Shown: positions 21,633 through 32,158 of the stretch, piece after piece
Layout of the letters: every line of letters begins with the position of its first letter
How positions within the stretch are numbered: the first letter of the stretch is position 1
Assembly: GCA_963783575.1 (NCBI GenBank)
Contig: CAWAOD010000003.1
Coordinates: 64,001-128,000 of the forward strand
Origin: an uncultured Spirochaetota bacterium
GTDB taxonomy: Bacteria > Spirochaetota > Brevinematia > Brevinematales > JAOACQ01
Direction of reading: 5' to 3'
Length of the DNA: 64,000 bases
The notes under the pieces: generated by a model
The model's input: only the letters and a program-made list of their open reading frames with translations
What the model was told of the DNA's origin: nothing
Database searches by the model: none
Program-made: the position numbers and the translations under genes

Positions 21633-22800
21633 TTTGTTTTCCTCCAAATCGAATCTTTAAAATTTCACTCTCAAATTTTGCCCCTAGAATATTCAGATTC
21701 TGCAAAGTTCTCGGTAAAGTAATATTCCTCTTCACACTGCCGACCTTAATTATCAGCTCGTCGCCTTTCCGGTTCAGGCTCAAATCCTTTTTATCGGTAA
21801 ACGGTATAAAAATGGAAAATATATATTCTTTCCCATCCTTTTTTACCTGCTGCGTCCTTTCTTTATAAAATATTGCCGCTGGATCTTTATCCTTAAATAC
21901 AGCCTCTCCCAGGCGGGAAAGCATTTCCATACCGGTAATTTCTTTTTCAAAAAGAGGGGCGTTTAATACCGGCAGAGGTGAAAAGCTTTCAAGTATTGTT
22001 TCCAAGTAGCTTTTCTGTATATCTTTCCAGACCTTAAAATAATCATCAATTACATCATCCGGTATTACCCGGTTTACAATAACAGCATCAATGTTGAAAT
22101 CATAAATATTCAAATAAGTGAAGCTTCTCTGCGCTTCCTTTATCACCATCTTTTCAGGATTAACTACGATTCTGATGCTTGTGACTTCTCTATTGGAAAG
22201 GATTTGCCTCATTTCATCCAGCTGGTTATAGATCTTTTCAATCTCTCCGAAAACATTGTCCGAAGGCATTGGAATTCCTAAAATCGGTTCGATAACAGGT
22301 TTTACAAATTTTACGGCTTTTCTTTTAAACGGGAATAACTTATCCATCCACCATCTCAGCATTTCAGGAAAACTCAATAGTGCAAGTGTTTCCCCCGTAG
22401 GCGCACAATCTATAATTATAACATCAAAAGTTTTTTCTTTATAATAGCTCAATATCCGGAGCAGGCTCAGCAGGTCTTCCATACCGGGAAACATGGTCAA
22501 TTCCTCAGTTGTAATGTCTTTAACCGTCTTGGCAGTAAACAAGGCAGTCAGGTATTCCTGAACCTTTCCCCAGCTTTTTTCCACTTCGTGGATAGAGTCA
22601 ATTTCCTGTGCCCAGAGATTGCTTTCAATTTCCATTGGTTCGGGTGATAACCTGATATCCAGCGAATCTCCCAGGCTATGCGCGGCATCCGTACTTACAA
22701 TAAGGGTCTTTCTGCCTTTATGGGCGCTTAGAACTGCAGTTGCTGCTGCAACACAGGTCTTACCTACACCGCCTTTTCCTGTATATAAAATGATCCTCAC
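21625..22800 (-). CDS. ArsA/GET3-family ATPase with C-terminal Hsp20-like domain
   Basis: TGKGGVGKT, STDAAHSL, DCAPTG, single ATPase domain plus beta-sandwich tail (GDELIIKVG..RNITLP). Confidence 0.9.
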   Translation of the reverse strand: MRIILYTGKGGVGKTCVAAATAVLSAHKGRKTLIVSTDAAHSLGDSLDIRLSPEPMEIESNLWAQEIDSIHEVEKSWGKVQEYLTALFTAKTVKDITTEELTMFPGMEDLLSLLRILSYYKEKTFDVIIIDCAPTGETLALLSFPEMLRWWMDKLFPFKRKAVKFVKPVIEPILGIPMPSDNVFGEIEKIYNQLDEMRQILSNREVTSIRIVVNPEKMVIKEAQRSFTYLNIYDFNIDAVIVNRVIPDDVIDDYFKVWKDIQKSYLETILESFSPLPVLNAPLFEKEITGMEMLSRLGEAVFKDKDPAAIFYKERTQQVKKDGKEYIFSIFIPFTDKKDLSLNRKGDELIIKVGSVKRNITLPRTLQNLNILGAKFESEILKIRFGGKQNE

Positions 22801-22857
22801 ACATTTTCTCCTGAAATTACTGTTTATAAATTCTTCAAAATTTTATTTCAATAAATC

Positions 22858-23340
22858 TTATTCGATTTCAATCTTTTTTATTTTATTCTCTTCTGCTGGA
22901 TTTTCTTTAACATTCAGGCTATTTTCTTCCAATCTCCGCATTATCTTCGTAAAAACTGTGACTAATTGCTGCTGTTCCTCATCGGTTAAAACTTCGGATA
23001 CCATTTTAATGTACTCAGATCCTTTGCTTTTTATTTTGTCAACAAGCTCTCTCCCTTTTGCAGTGAGGCGAATCACAACAATCCTCCTGTCGGAATCTCT
23101 TCTTTCCCGCTCCATATATCCGCCTTTTACAAGACGGTCTATAATCCCGGTCGCTGTGCTCATTGATACATTTATATAATCGGCGATACGGCTCATAATA
23201 ATTTCGCCCTGCCTTTCCGCCAGGAGAATGGCAAATATTTCCTGTTTTGAGAGCGTAAGATCAATCTCCAGCCATTCCTCAGGAAATACTATCTTTTTTA
23301 TATTATCGAGAATTAAATCAATTAATTGATTATAGTCCAT
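22858..23340 (-). CDS. MarR family transcriptional regulator
   Basis: STATGIIDRLVKGGY..DRRIVVIRLTAKG winged helix; likely start at 23340. Confidence 0.92.
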   Translation of the reverse strand: MDYNQLIDLILDNIKKIVFPEEWLEIDLTLSKQEIFAILLAERQGEIIMSRIADYINVSMSTATGIIDRLVKGGYMERERRDSDRRIVVIRLTAKGRELVDKIKSKGSEYIKMVSEVLTDEEQQQLVTVFTKIMRRLEENSLNVKENPAEENKIKKIEIE

Positions 23341-23357
23341 AATTGTTTTCCTTTTTT

Positions 23358-23384
23358 TGAATATTTCGAGATACGTAATATTCA
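23358..23384. promoter_or_regulatory. Candidate MarR operator
   Basis: Inverted repeat TGAATATTTCG-N5-CGTAATATTCA (10/11) between a minus-strand TTGACA (23414-23419) and the MarR start. Confidence 0.55.
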
Positions 23385-23596
23385 TAATAAAGAATAATAC
23401 ATATTCAAGAATATGTCAATAGAAATTAAAATATTTTTCTAAACGACAAAAACAAATCACAGTAAAGATATTTTGAAGATAAAGTGCTGTGATTAAGCGG
23501 ATGTTGGGTCAAGAAGAGAATGGTTATTTGCAAAAACAAACCATCTCATTTAAAATATCACGTTATTATAAAAAATTAAATTCCGGGAGAATCTGA

Positions 23597-24458
23597 TTGA
23601 ACCAAAAATCAAATGTTATTTTTCTTGCGGTAATATCGGACATGTTCTTAATAATCATAAAGGCAGTAAGCGGGATAGTCAGCGGATCTGTAAGCCTTTT
23701 ATCGGAAGCGGCTCATTCCGTGATGGACCTTATTTCTTCTGTTATCAATTTTTTCTCTATAAGGGTATCTGATAAACCGCCAGATAAAGAACACCCATAC
23801 GGACATCATAAGTTTGAGAACCTGTCTGGCCTGCTCGAATCCATTCTTCTTTTTCTGGCTTCAGTATCTATAATATTCGAGGCTGTTCAACGTTTTTTTC
23901 ATGTGAAAGAAGTTAAAATACCTGCTCTTGGCTTCTCGGTCATGATTTTTTCATCGTTACTTAACTTTGCTTTGTCACTGCGTTTGAGTTATGTCGCAAA
24001 AAAAGAAAACTCCATTGCACTGGAAGCTGAGGCGCTGGATAAGAGGTCTGATTTTATTGCTACAACCGGCGTGGGTATCGGTTTTATACTGATCTGGAGC
24101 TTAAGGCTTAATTACATTGATGCTATACTCGCCATAATCATCGCTTTATATATATTAAAAGGCGCCGTATCGCTTTTTATTAAAACAGTTAACCCATTAA
24201 TCGATTCTAGCCTTTCGGAGGAAGATATCAGGATTATTAAGGATGTTTTAAAAAATAATTCTGATGAAATTTTTGATTATCATGACCCTGAGGACCAGAG
24301 GTGATGGAATAACTAGGTATATAGATATGCATATAACGCTTCCGGACAGTATGACAATTCATCAAGGTCACGATATAAGTAATAAAATCGAAAGAGAAAT
24401 TGAAAGAAGGCTTAAGAACACCCAGGTACTTATCCATATGGAACCATTAAATGATTAA
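23597..24458 (+). CDS. Cation diffusion facilitator (FieF-like) transporter, one frameshift near 24286
   Basis: EAAHSVMD, PPDKEHPYGHHKFE; dimerisation domain LRTR..IDMH..GHDI..VLIHMEP in a second frame. Confidence 0.88.
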
Positions 24459-24487
24459 ATTTATTCGCCGCTATCTCAGGAAATTAA

Positions 24488-24686
24488 GAATCCTCAAGGC
24501 AGAGCCTTGAGGTATTAAAGTCAGAACAACTGAAAGAATCTTCTTGTGGAATTCCCTCGGCAGAGCTCGGGATAAACTCCACAGAGCTATACGCAACTTT
24601 GTTGTGTAAGGAATCTACACCCGGGTCAAGCAGCCTGCCGTCTACCTGCCAACGCCGGGATCTCCGGCAGGTAGACGGCAGACAGG
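24488..24686. repeat. Cluster of intergenic palindromes (REP/MITE-like)
   Basis: CCTCAAGGC-AGA-GCCTTGAGG (24492-24512), a degenerate GGCAGAGC copy near 24555, and a perfect 16-bp IR at 24635-24650/24666-24681. Confidence 0.7.
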
Positions 24687-24776
24687 GCACACTTGTTAAA
24701 AATTACGGCAAAGATATTTTTAAGATAATTGACTAAAAATTTATCATTTATTATTATTTAAAAAATATATATTGAG

Positions 24777-25121
24777 ATGCGTTTTATGGAAGAAAGAAGA
24801 AAAGAAATACGGACAATGTTTGACACAATACCGGAAGAAATTAGAGAATTAAAGATTAAAACAGGTTTATTTAAGGATCATCCGGTAAGCACAGTCGATA
24901 TAAGCAGTATTGGAATGGCGTTCATTGCAGAAGAAGCCATATATGAAGAAATTAAAAATACAAAAAATATTTTTGTCTGTTTTACAAATCCAAACAGGAG
25001 CATCAAAGCAAAAACGGTTTATGCCTACCCAATAGTAAATTCAAAAGTTAGAATTGGAATTATTTTTGAGGAAGACGGTTCAATCAGACAATACCATGAC
25101 ATTCTTAAGAAATCTTCGTAA
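24777..25121 (+). CDS. PilZ-domain protein
   Basis: ERRKEIR (RxxxR) and DISSIG (DxSxxG) c-di-GMP motifs. Confidence 0.7.
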   Translation: MRFMEERRKEIRTMFDTIPEEIRELKIKTGLFKDHPVSTVDISSIGMAFIAEEAIYEEIKNTKNIFVCFTNPNRSIKAKTVYAYPIVNSKVRIGIIFEEDGSIRQYHDILKKSS

Positions 25122-25192
25122 TAAATTACAGAACATTTTAGTTCCTGATGTTTGAATTGATAAAATGAGAAAATTAAAAACCGGATTATATT

Positions 25193-27949
25193 ATGGGACC
25201 TGTTCAAAAAACCATTCGTCCTCCGTCGGATTTATCTTCTTCAATACACTTGCTGGGAGATTTGCTCGGGAAAGTGATAATTGAATTGGAATCACGAGAC
25301 ATTTTTGATACGGAAGAACGCATCAGGCAAGCCGCAAAAGCCCGCCGAAGGGAAGATCTTGCAGATAATCGTCCTGCCGGCGATATAATGGAATCTGAAA
25401 TAGCTTCTTTAAATTCCCAAAAAGCTGCCGCGATAGCATCAGCTTTCACACTATATTTTGATCTTGTAAATCTTGCTGAAGAAAACGATTATGTAAGTAA
25501 AATGATAATCAATGAACAAAACAGCCGGACCGAACAAATTCCCGATTCAATAACAGAGGCGGTCTTTATTCTTTATAATAACGGCGTATCCGGTGAAAAG
25601 ATATCAACATTAATCAACAAACTATCAATCGAACTTGTGATGACAGCGCATCCCACAGAAGCCAAACGCCGGACTATTTTATCAAAATTAAGGCGCATTG
25701 AAGAATCCCTCTCAAATATATACCGGTCAGAATTAAGTCAAACTCAAATGGATGAATGCATTTCTGCCATACATGCTGAGATTGCGGCTATTTGGCTCAC
25801 CGACCGTCTTCGGACACTGAGTCCGGCAGTGACCGATGAAGTCAGGACTGGACTCTATTTTGTAGATGAAATTCTCTGGACGCTGCTGCCCGGGATTTAT
25901 GATATATTCGATCGGGCACTGGCAAGGTATTATTCGGAAGTTAAGCCGGAAACAAATTGGCTTACTATCGGATCATGGATTGGCGGTGACAGGGATGGCA
26001 ATCCTAATGTTACAGCCGCAGTAACTGCTGAAACCTTAAGACTGCACCGCGGCCTGGCAATTGAGAAAAACCGGGCATCCCTACGCAATCTTTCGAGATT
26101 TCTCAGCTTCAGCAATCGAAAACTGCCGCCCGATGAAAACCTGAAGGCCTGGATCGGGCGCCACCGCCCGTTTACCCGGCATTCAGCTTATATTGAAGAC
26201 CGCTATGAAAACGAATCATACAGGCTTGCCTTGTCATTATTGGAATCCGATCTCGCCAATGCTTCACAGGAAGATATGCTTCCAGGCCTTCTCTCCGGCA
26301 AACCGCAAAGCGCAATTATTCAACCGGAAGAAATGATAAATCTTCTTGAGGTCATTATGCGCACCCTGCCCCGGCCAATAGCCGAGTCATTTCCTCATAC
26401 GGCATTGCGCCAGATGAAGATTTTCGGACTTCATGCCGCACATCTCCACCTGCGTGAAGACGCCGGGAAACTTACGGCCGCGTTGTCAGAAATACTTCAT
26501 GTACTTGGAATAGAGATTCGGTTTGATAAGATTAATCATACGGAACGGATATCGCTTTTGACGGGACTTCTGGAAAAACCGGTCCCTGTGCTGGCGCTAC
26601 ATTCTGAAATCTTGCAGTCCGCATCGGAAACCGTATCACTTTTCAGGCTTGCTTCAAGGGCTATTTCAATTTATGGCAGAAAAACAATAGGGCCTTTTAT
26701 AGTTTCTATGACAGGAAGCGCATCGGATGTGCTTGTGGCTCTGTTACTAGCCCGCTGGACAGGATGTAATGATAATCTGCAGATAGTTCCGCTGATAGAA
26801 ACAATTGCTGATCTGGAGAAGGCCTCAGATATTCTGCGGGAATTGTTCGAAAACAAATCATACCATGAACATCTTAAAAATAACGGAAACAATCAGACAG
26901 TTATGATCGGCTACTCCGATTCAAATAAAGACGGCGGATATCTGACCGCAAACTGGGCTCTTTACAGGGCACAGGAAGAAATCAACCGTATCTGCAAGGA
27001 ATATGGCATCACACTTACAATTTTCCACGGAAGGGGAGGCCCCGCCGCAAGGGGAGGAGGTCCGGTAAACCAGGCAATACGCTCGCAGCCCCCGGGAAGC
27101 ATCAGCGGGAAGTTCAGGCTGACGGAACAGGGGGAAGTCCTTACTTCAAGATATTCAAATCAGCATCTTGCGCGGCATCATATTGAGGAAATAGTTAACG
27201 CTGTATTACTTTCATCATTCGATGAAACTTCTACTTTTAAACCCGTCCAGCCTGAATGGAGAAAATTAATGTCCGTGATGTCAAAAGCCTCTCAGGAAGA
27301 ATACAGAACTTTGATTTTTAATACTCCCGGATTTTATGATTTCTGGAAAGCCGCAACGCCGATCAATGAGATAAAAAGGCTCAGGATGGGCTCAAGGCCT
27401 TATGTACGAGGTAAGGAAGATGATTCCATAAAAAATATCCGCGCCATACCCTGGGTATTTTCGTGGATGCAGAGCCGTTTCAATCTCCCGGGATGGTACG
27501 GCCTGGGAACCGGCCTGAAATCTGCCGGTAATCGGCCTTTATTAAGGGAAATTTATTCCGGCTGGTATTTCTTCACTTCCCTGATAAGCAATACCGAAGT
27601 TTCAATGCTTTTAGCGGATATGGAAATAGCCCGGTTATATACTGATCTTGTTCCGGATAAGGAAAGCGCATTACGTATCTTTAAAATTATAAAAGAGGAA
27701 TATCTGCGGACAGAGGAAGCAATTCTCATGATTACAGGTGAAAATGCCCTGCTTGACAATGACTGGAATTTAAAAAAGTCTATCCACCTTCGTAATCCCT
27801 ATATTGACCCTCTGAATTTTCTCCAGGTTGAGATGCTTGGCCGTTTGCGCGCACTGCCCGATTCTGAAGGGCCCGAAGCGCAGGCCATAAGGGAAGTTAT
27901 AGTCATAACAATCAACGGAATAGCATCGGGGCTGAGAAATACCGGATAA
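25193..27949 (+). CDS. ppc: Phosphoenolpyruvate carboxylase
   Basis: TAHPTE, SWIGGDRDGNP, MIGYSDSNKDGG, FHGRGG, RAIPWVFSW, terminal RNTG. Confidence 0.97.
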   Translation: MGPVQKTIRPPSDLSSSIHLLGDLLGKVIIELESRDIFDTEERIRQAAKARRREDLADNRPAGDIMESEIASLNSQKAAAIASAFTLYFDLVNLAEENDYVSKMIINEQNSRTEQIPDSITEAVFILYNNGVSGEKISTLINKLSIELVMTAHPTEAKRRTILSKLRRIEESLSNIYRSELSQTQMDECISAIHAEIAAIWLTDRLRTLSPAVTDEVRTGLYFVDEILWTLLPGIYDIFDRALARYYSEVKPETNWLTIGSWIGGDRDGNPNVTAAVTAETLRLHRGLAIEKNRASLRNLSRFLSFSNRKLPPDENLKAWIGRHRPFTRHSAYIEDRYENESYRLALSLLESDLANASQEDMLPGLLSGKPQSAIIQPEEMINLLEVIMRTLPRPIAESFPHTALRQMKIFGLHAAHLHLREDAGKLTAALSEILHVLGIEIRFDKINHTERISLLTGLLEKPVPVLALHSEILQSASETVSLFRLASRAISIYGRKTIGPFIVSMTGSASDVLVALLLARWTGCNDNLQIVPLIETIADLEKASDILRELFENKSYHEHLKNNGNNQTVMIGYSDSNKDGGYLTANWALYRAQEEINRICKEYGITLTIFHGRGGPAARGGGPVNQAIRSQPPGSISGKFRLTEQGEVLTSRYSNQHLARHHIEEIVNAVLLSSFDETSTFKPVQPEWRKLMSVMSKASQEEYRTLIFNTPGFYDFWKAATPINEIKRLRMGSRPYVRGKEDDSIKNIRAIPWVFSWMQSRFNLPGWYGLGTGLKSAGNRPLLREIYSGWYFFTSLISNTEVSMLLADMEIARLYTDLVPDKESALRIFKIIKEEYLRTEEAILMITGENALLDNDWNLKKSIHLRNPYIDPLNFLQVEMLGRLRALPDSEGPEAQAIREVIVITINGIASGLRNTG

Positions 27950-28054
27950 ATGCTTATAAAACCAATTCTGCAATCGTTGTGTTTTTATATATCATTATTT
28001 TGTGTTATTTCATATATCTTTTTATAATTTTCTCTAATATTAAAAGAGAGGCTT

Positions 28055-29245
28055 ATGGATCAATTTACTTCGAGAGCTTTGCCAAAAAACAGAGCAAATG
28101 ATTATTCAAAAGATATTATTACCAAGCGAGTTGAATTCTTACAGGAAATTTCAAAAGCTGATTTAACAGCTATAAACAGCTTTACAATTGATCCTGAATT
28201 AACAAAAGGTAAAATTGAAAATATTATCGGTTTCACCCAGATTCCAATAGGTGTAATAGGTCCATTAACGATTAACGGCGAACATGCGAAAGGGGATTTT
28301 TATATACCTATGGCAACTCTTGAGGGCGCTTTGATTTCTTCATATTACAGAGGGGCAAGAGTTATTTCAGAATCAGGAGGCGCGAATGTAGTTGTTTTAC
28401 AGGATACTATTCAGCGGGCGCCATTTTTTGTTTTTAAAAATATTAATAAAGCTAAAAATTTTATTGTCTGGATCAGAGAAAATTTTGAAAGCTTAAAAAA
28501 CATTGCATCAAAAACCACAAACCATGGGAAGCTTCATTCCTTTAAATCTTTTTTAATCGGACGAAGCGTTTATGTCCGTCTGGAATATTCATCCGGAGAT
28601 GCAATGGGAATGAACATGATTACAAAAGCGACAAATGAAGTTTGTAAATATATAATAGAAAACATTGAAGTCGAAAAATGCGTTATAGAAAGTAACATGG
28701 CTGTTGATAAAAAACCGGCTTATATAAATATGATTCTTGGAAGAGGAAAAAGCGTATCAGCGGAAGTTCGAATTCCTGAAAAAATTGTTAAACGTTATTT
28801 TATGACCACACCGGGGAAAATGGCAGAAAATTACCGGGGGCAAATGCTTGGAAACACATTGGCCGGAGTAAACGGCTGCACATATCATTTTGCCAATGGC
28901 CTCGCCGCAATATTTATAGCTTGCGGACAGGATGCCGCCAACGTTGCCGATTCATCTACCGGTGTGATAAATATGGAAGTTATGGAAGAAGATCTTTATG
29001 TAAGTATTTATTTGCCGTCGCTTATTATAGGTACAATAGGCGGAGGCACTTCTTTACCTGCGCAAAAATCTTGTCTGGAATTGATGGGGTGCTATGGGAA
29101 AGATAATGTAAAAAAATTCGCTGAAATTATTGCTTCAGCCTTATTGTGCGGTGAAATCTCTCTGGCAGCCGCTATTACAGCAGGTGATTTTATCGAAGCT
29201 CATGAAAAATACGGGCGGAATAGGCCCGGTAATCCGGATTTTTGA
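28055..29245 (+). CDS. hmgA: Class I HMG-CoA reductase
   Basis: ENIIG, PMATLEGALISS, GDAMGMNM, GTIGGGT, GEISL, C-terminal His. Confidence 0.92.
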   Translation: MDQFTSRALPKNRANDYSKDIITKRVEFLQEISKADLTAINSFTIDPELTKGKIENIIGFTQIPIGVIGPLTINGEHAKGDFYIPMATLEGALISSYYRGARVISESGGANVVVLQDTIQRAPFFVFKNINKAKNFIVWIRENFESLKNIASKTTNHGKLHSFKSFLIGRSVYVRLEYSSGDAMGMNMITKATNEVCKYIIENIEVEKCVIESNMAVDKKPAYINMILGRGKSVSAEVRIPEKIVKRYFMTTPGKMAENYRGQMLGNTLAGVNGCTYHFANGLAAIFIACGQDAANVADSSTGVINMEVMEEDLYVSIYLPSLIIGTIGGGTSLPAQKSCLELMGCYGKDNVKKFAEIIASALLCGEISLAAAITAGDFIEAHEKYGRNRPGNPDF

Positions 29246-29285
29246 TAATTCACAATATCCATTCTAAAATAATCCAGGTGACTTT

Positions 29286-30245
29286 ATGATTAAATTGCCC
29301 CTTATTTTTTTCCAGTTTATATCATTTTCCCTGGGTTTTTCAGCTTTTGTAGTTGCTGTATATCAATATCTCAAACACAAAGAAAAATCGATACGTTATT
29401 ACATTATCTTTTTAGCGCTTTTTACCGTCAGGATAGTTTTAAATAATATTCTCTTTTTATTACGCAGCAGTTCCGATATTATGAGCCCTGTTCTGCTTAA
29501 AAGCCTGCTTTTATTCTACCAGATAACAACAGACCTCACATTTTTAATGATTTTAGCCGTGCCGGTATTGTTTCATTCGTTATTGATTGTTCCGTTTAAG
29601 AAATATGCGAATATTATTTTTTATATTTTAATTTTTCTCTGTATTGTTTTAAATTTTTATCCCTATATTTTTGGTATCTTCGGTGGATTGTCAAATTATC
29701 CGGTTAAGCTGATTACCGATTCGGAAAGCCTGATGATGATTTTTATTTTTATTTACTTGGCAATCATTTTATTCTTATTCTATCCGAAGACTGCCGAAAA
29801 GCAAAAAAAAAGGACACTGTTTGCGATCTTTATTTCTTTTCTGACTTTTTCACTCTATGATTATTTCATAGCTAAAAACACATACATCTTCAATTTTACG
29901 GATGCTTATCTGCCACTCTGGTTTAATATCGGATTTTATTCCTTCTGGAATCTTTTTTTCCTGATATTTACCGGATATAATCATCAAAGGGTTGTGTCAA
30001 CTCCGGATGTAATTGAATTAAATCCGCCTTTTCTGGAGAGATTCGGGATATCCGGTCGTGAAAAAGAGGTCATTGGCATGGTCCTCTCGGGAAAAACAAA
30101 TCAGGACATTGCCGATAAACTTTTCATTTCACTTAAAACTGTAAAAAATCACATCCACAATATATTTCAGAAAACCGGTGCCAAGACCCGGATGGAACTC
30201 TCGTTTATCATACGTGATTTTTCAAAAATGAATCCAAAGTACTAA
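29286..30245 (+). CDS. Membrane-anchored LuxR-family regulator
   Basis: About seven TM helices followed by ISGREKEV..GKTNQDIADKLFISLKTVKNHIHNIFQK HTH. Confidence 0.9.
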   Translation: MIKLPLIFFQFISFSLGFSAFVVAVYQYLKHKEKSIRYYIIFLALFTVRIVLNNILFLLRSSSDIMSPVLLKSLLLFYQITTDLTFLMILAVPVLFHSLLIVPFKKYANIIFYILIFLCIVLNFYPYIFGIFGGLSNYPVKLITDSESLMMIFIFIYLAIILFLFYPKTAEKQKKRTLFAIFISFLTFSLYDYFIAKNTYIFNFTDAYLPLWFNIGFYSFWNLFFLIFTGYNHQRVVSTPDVIELNPPFLERFGISGREKEVIGMVLSGKTNQDIADKLFISLKTVKNHIHNIFQKTGAKTRMELSFIIRDFSKMNPKY

Positions 30246-30264
30246 CCGTTTTTGAATCCAAAGT
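30229..30264 (+). promoter_or_regulatory. 12-bp direct repeat, candidate LuxR binding site
   Basis: TGAATCCAAAGT at 30229-30240 and 30253-30264, flanking the LuxR stop codon and upstream of the next operon. Confidence 0.45.
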
Positions 30265-30469
30265 CCCATTGATTTTCTGGAATTTTATGAGTAAAATAAT
30301 TCATCCTTATCGGTTCATCCAATTAATTTGTTTCTAAACCGTGAAAACGTAATTAATTTACAGGAAGACATGAAGCCGGGAAGGTTAAATTTATAATTTT
30401 TTGAGGTATGTGGATTCTTCATATCTTCTTGCCATCCTGTAAATTATAAATATTTTTAGGAGTAAGTCT

Positions 30470-31309
30470 ATGAAATTCTTGAAATTAACCGCATTCACAT
30501 TATTATTTGTTTTAGCTTTTTTCACTATTTTATCCGCAATGGGAAGTAAACCCGAGGATATACCGTTGAAGGCTTCGAAAATCAAATTCGAGGATGGGGA
30601 ATACCTCAGAATAGGAACATATGTCGGCGGGGAAAAAACCGAAGAGTCGCATATCGTCGCCCGGATTGACACAAATAAAAATAGAGTAGAAGTATATTGG
30701 CAAACCGTGAATCTGAACAGAAAGCAAAAACTACCAGGCCATTATACCGATTATAATACTTATCGTTTCACAATCGATCTGGAGACAGGAAGCCCGTTAT
30801 CTGTAATTTATCAAAATCCTTTTACCGATGATAAAGGCAATATCCGGTCCAGCGACATTTTAAGCGAAGATAAAAGCGAAATACAATCCGACTCAGAATA
30901 CTGGGATGGGTATGAATTAAAAAAAATCCATTCGAAAGTTCCTCTCCGGAAGGGATACCCAATCGTCTTACATCCGCTGACTGTTTTTTATACCGCCCGT
31001 TTTCTGGATATCTCCAGCCCGGGAATAGCCTATCTTTGCTGGCCTCAGGTTCTGAAACAGCCCATTCCGTTTTCTTTCATTTTTTTGGGGAGGGAAACCG
31101 TCAAAACACCTGCGGGTGAAATTAAAACAATAAAAGTACACTGGAATATTTCGGATCCCTTCCTGGCAAAATTGATGCAGCCCTATATGAATGAATCGTT
31201 TATATGGGTTGAAGATTCTCCACGCAGGCTTGTCGTTAAAGCGATTAATCCGTCGGCTCAGCTTATACTTGAAGAAGTATCAACAATAAAAGAAAAAAAT
31301 ATGGAGTAA
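30470..31309 (+). CDS. Exported DUF3108-like protein, tandem paralog 1
   Basis: Signal peptide, GRETVKTPAGEIKTIK motif; 279 aa, colinear with the next gene. Confidence 0.7.
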   Translation: MKFLKLTAFTLLFVLAFFTILSAMGSKPEDIPLKASKIKFEDGEYLRIGTYVGGEKTEESHIVARIDTNKNRVEVYWQTVNLNRKQKLPGHYTDYNTYRFTIDLETGSPLSVIYQNPFTDDKGNIRSSDILSEDKSEIQSDSEYWDGYELKKIHSKVPLRKGYPIVLHPLTVFYTARFLDISSPGIAYLCWPQVLKQPIPFSFIFLGRETVKTPAGEIKTIKVHWNISDPFLAKLMQPYMNESFIWVEDSPRRLVVKAINPSAQLILEEVSTIKEKNME

Positions 31310-31312
31310 AGT

Positions 31313-32152
31313 ATGAAATATAAGAAGTTATTTATTTTATCAGTTCTACTTGTATTCTCGGCTGCTGCCGTTTTATCGGCGATGGGAGGGAAACCCGTTG
31401 ATATTCCCATGAAGATATCAAAAGCCAAGGTTCTTGACGGGGAATACATCAGGATGGGTAATTATTTGGGCGGTGAAAAAACAGGGTATACCTATATTGT
31501 GACCCGGATTGACACAAATAAAAACAGGGCGGAAATTTACTGGCAGAATATTGATCTGATCAGGAAGCAAAACCTTCCTGATCATTATACCAATTATAAT
31601 ACCTGGCATTACATATTTGATTTTCAATCGGGAAGATTATTATATTCTTCGTATCAAACAGCATTTACCAATGATAAAGGGCTTACTCATTCCACATTCA
31701 GCCTGGATGAAGAAAAAAGTGAAGCCCAATCCGATTATGAGTACTGGGATGGATATGAAAAGAAAATAAGCCATTCGAAAATACCTGTCCAAAAAGGTTA
31801 TCCGATTGTTGATATGAATTCAATTGTTTATTTTCCACGTTTTCTTGATATCACCGGTTCCGGTTTGGTATATCTTTGCCAGCCGAATGTTCTTAAGCAG
31901 ACTATTCCATTTACTTTTACTTTTATTGGTAAAGAAACCGTTAAAACTCCAGCCGGAGAATTTAAAACAATAAAAGCATCTATTAATCTGGAAGACCCAT
32001 TTCTGGCAAAGCTATTTGCGCCGTATGAAAGGGAATTGCTTATCTGGATTGAAGATTCACCTCGCAGACTTTTTATTAAAGGGGTCTACGCAGGCGGGGG
32101 CGAAGTAATAATCGAAGAAGTATCCACTATCAGGGAAAAGGGAATGGAGTAA
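31313..32152 (+). CDS. Exported DUF3108-like protein, tandem paralog 2
   Basis: Signal peptide, GKETVKTPAGEFKTIK motif; 279 aa. Confidence 0.7.
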   Translation: MKYKKLFILSVLLVFSAAAVLSAMGGKPVDIPMKISKAKVLDGEYIRMGNYLGGEKTGYTYIVTRIDTNKNRAEIYWQNIDLIRKQNLPDHYTNYNTWHYIFDFQSGRLLYSSYQTAFTNDKGLTHSTFSLDEEKSEAQSDYEYWDGYEKKISHSKIPVQKGYPIVDMNSIVYFPRFLDITGSGLVYLCQPNVLKQTIPFTFTFIGKETVKTPAGEFKTIKASINLEDPFLAKLFAPYERELLIWIEDSPRRLFIKGVYAGGGEVIIEEVSTIREKGME

Positions 32153-32158
32153 ACGCCC

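Noticed and set aside
21625..22800. Calling the ATPase an arsenite-pump subunit (arsA)
   Set aside because: Single ATPase domain with Hsp20-like tail and no ars genes nearby
24484..24690. 68-aa minus-strand ORF
   Set aside because: Lies wholly within palindromic repeats; no RBS or protein features
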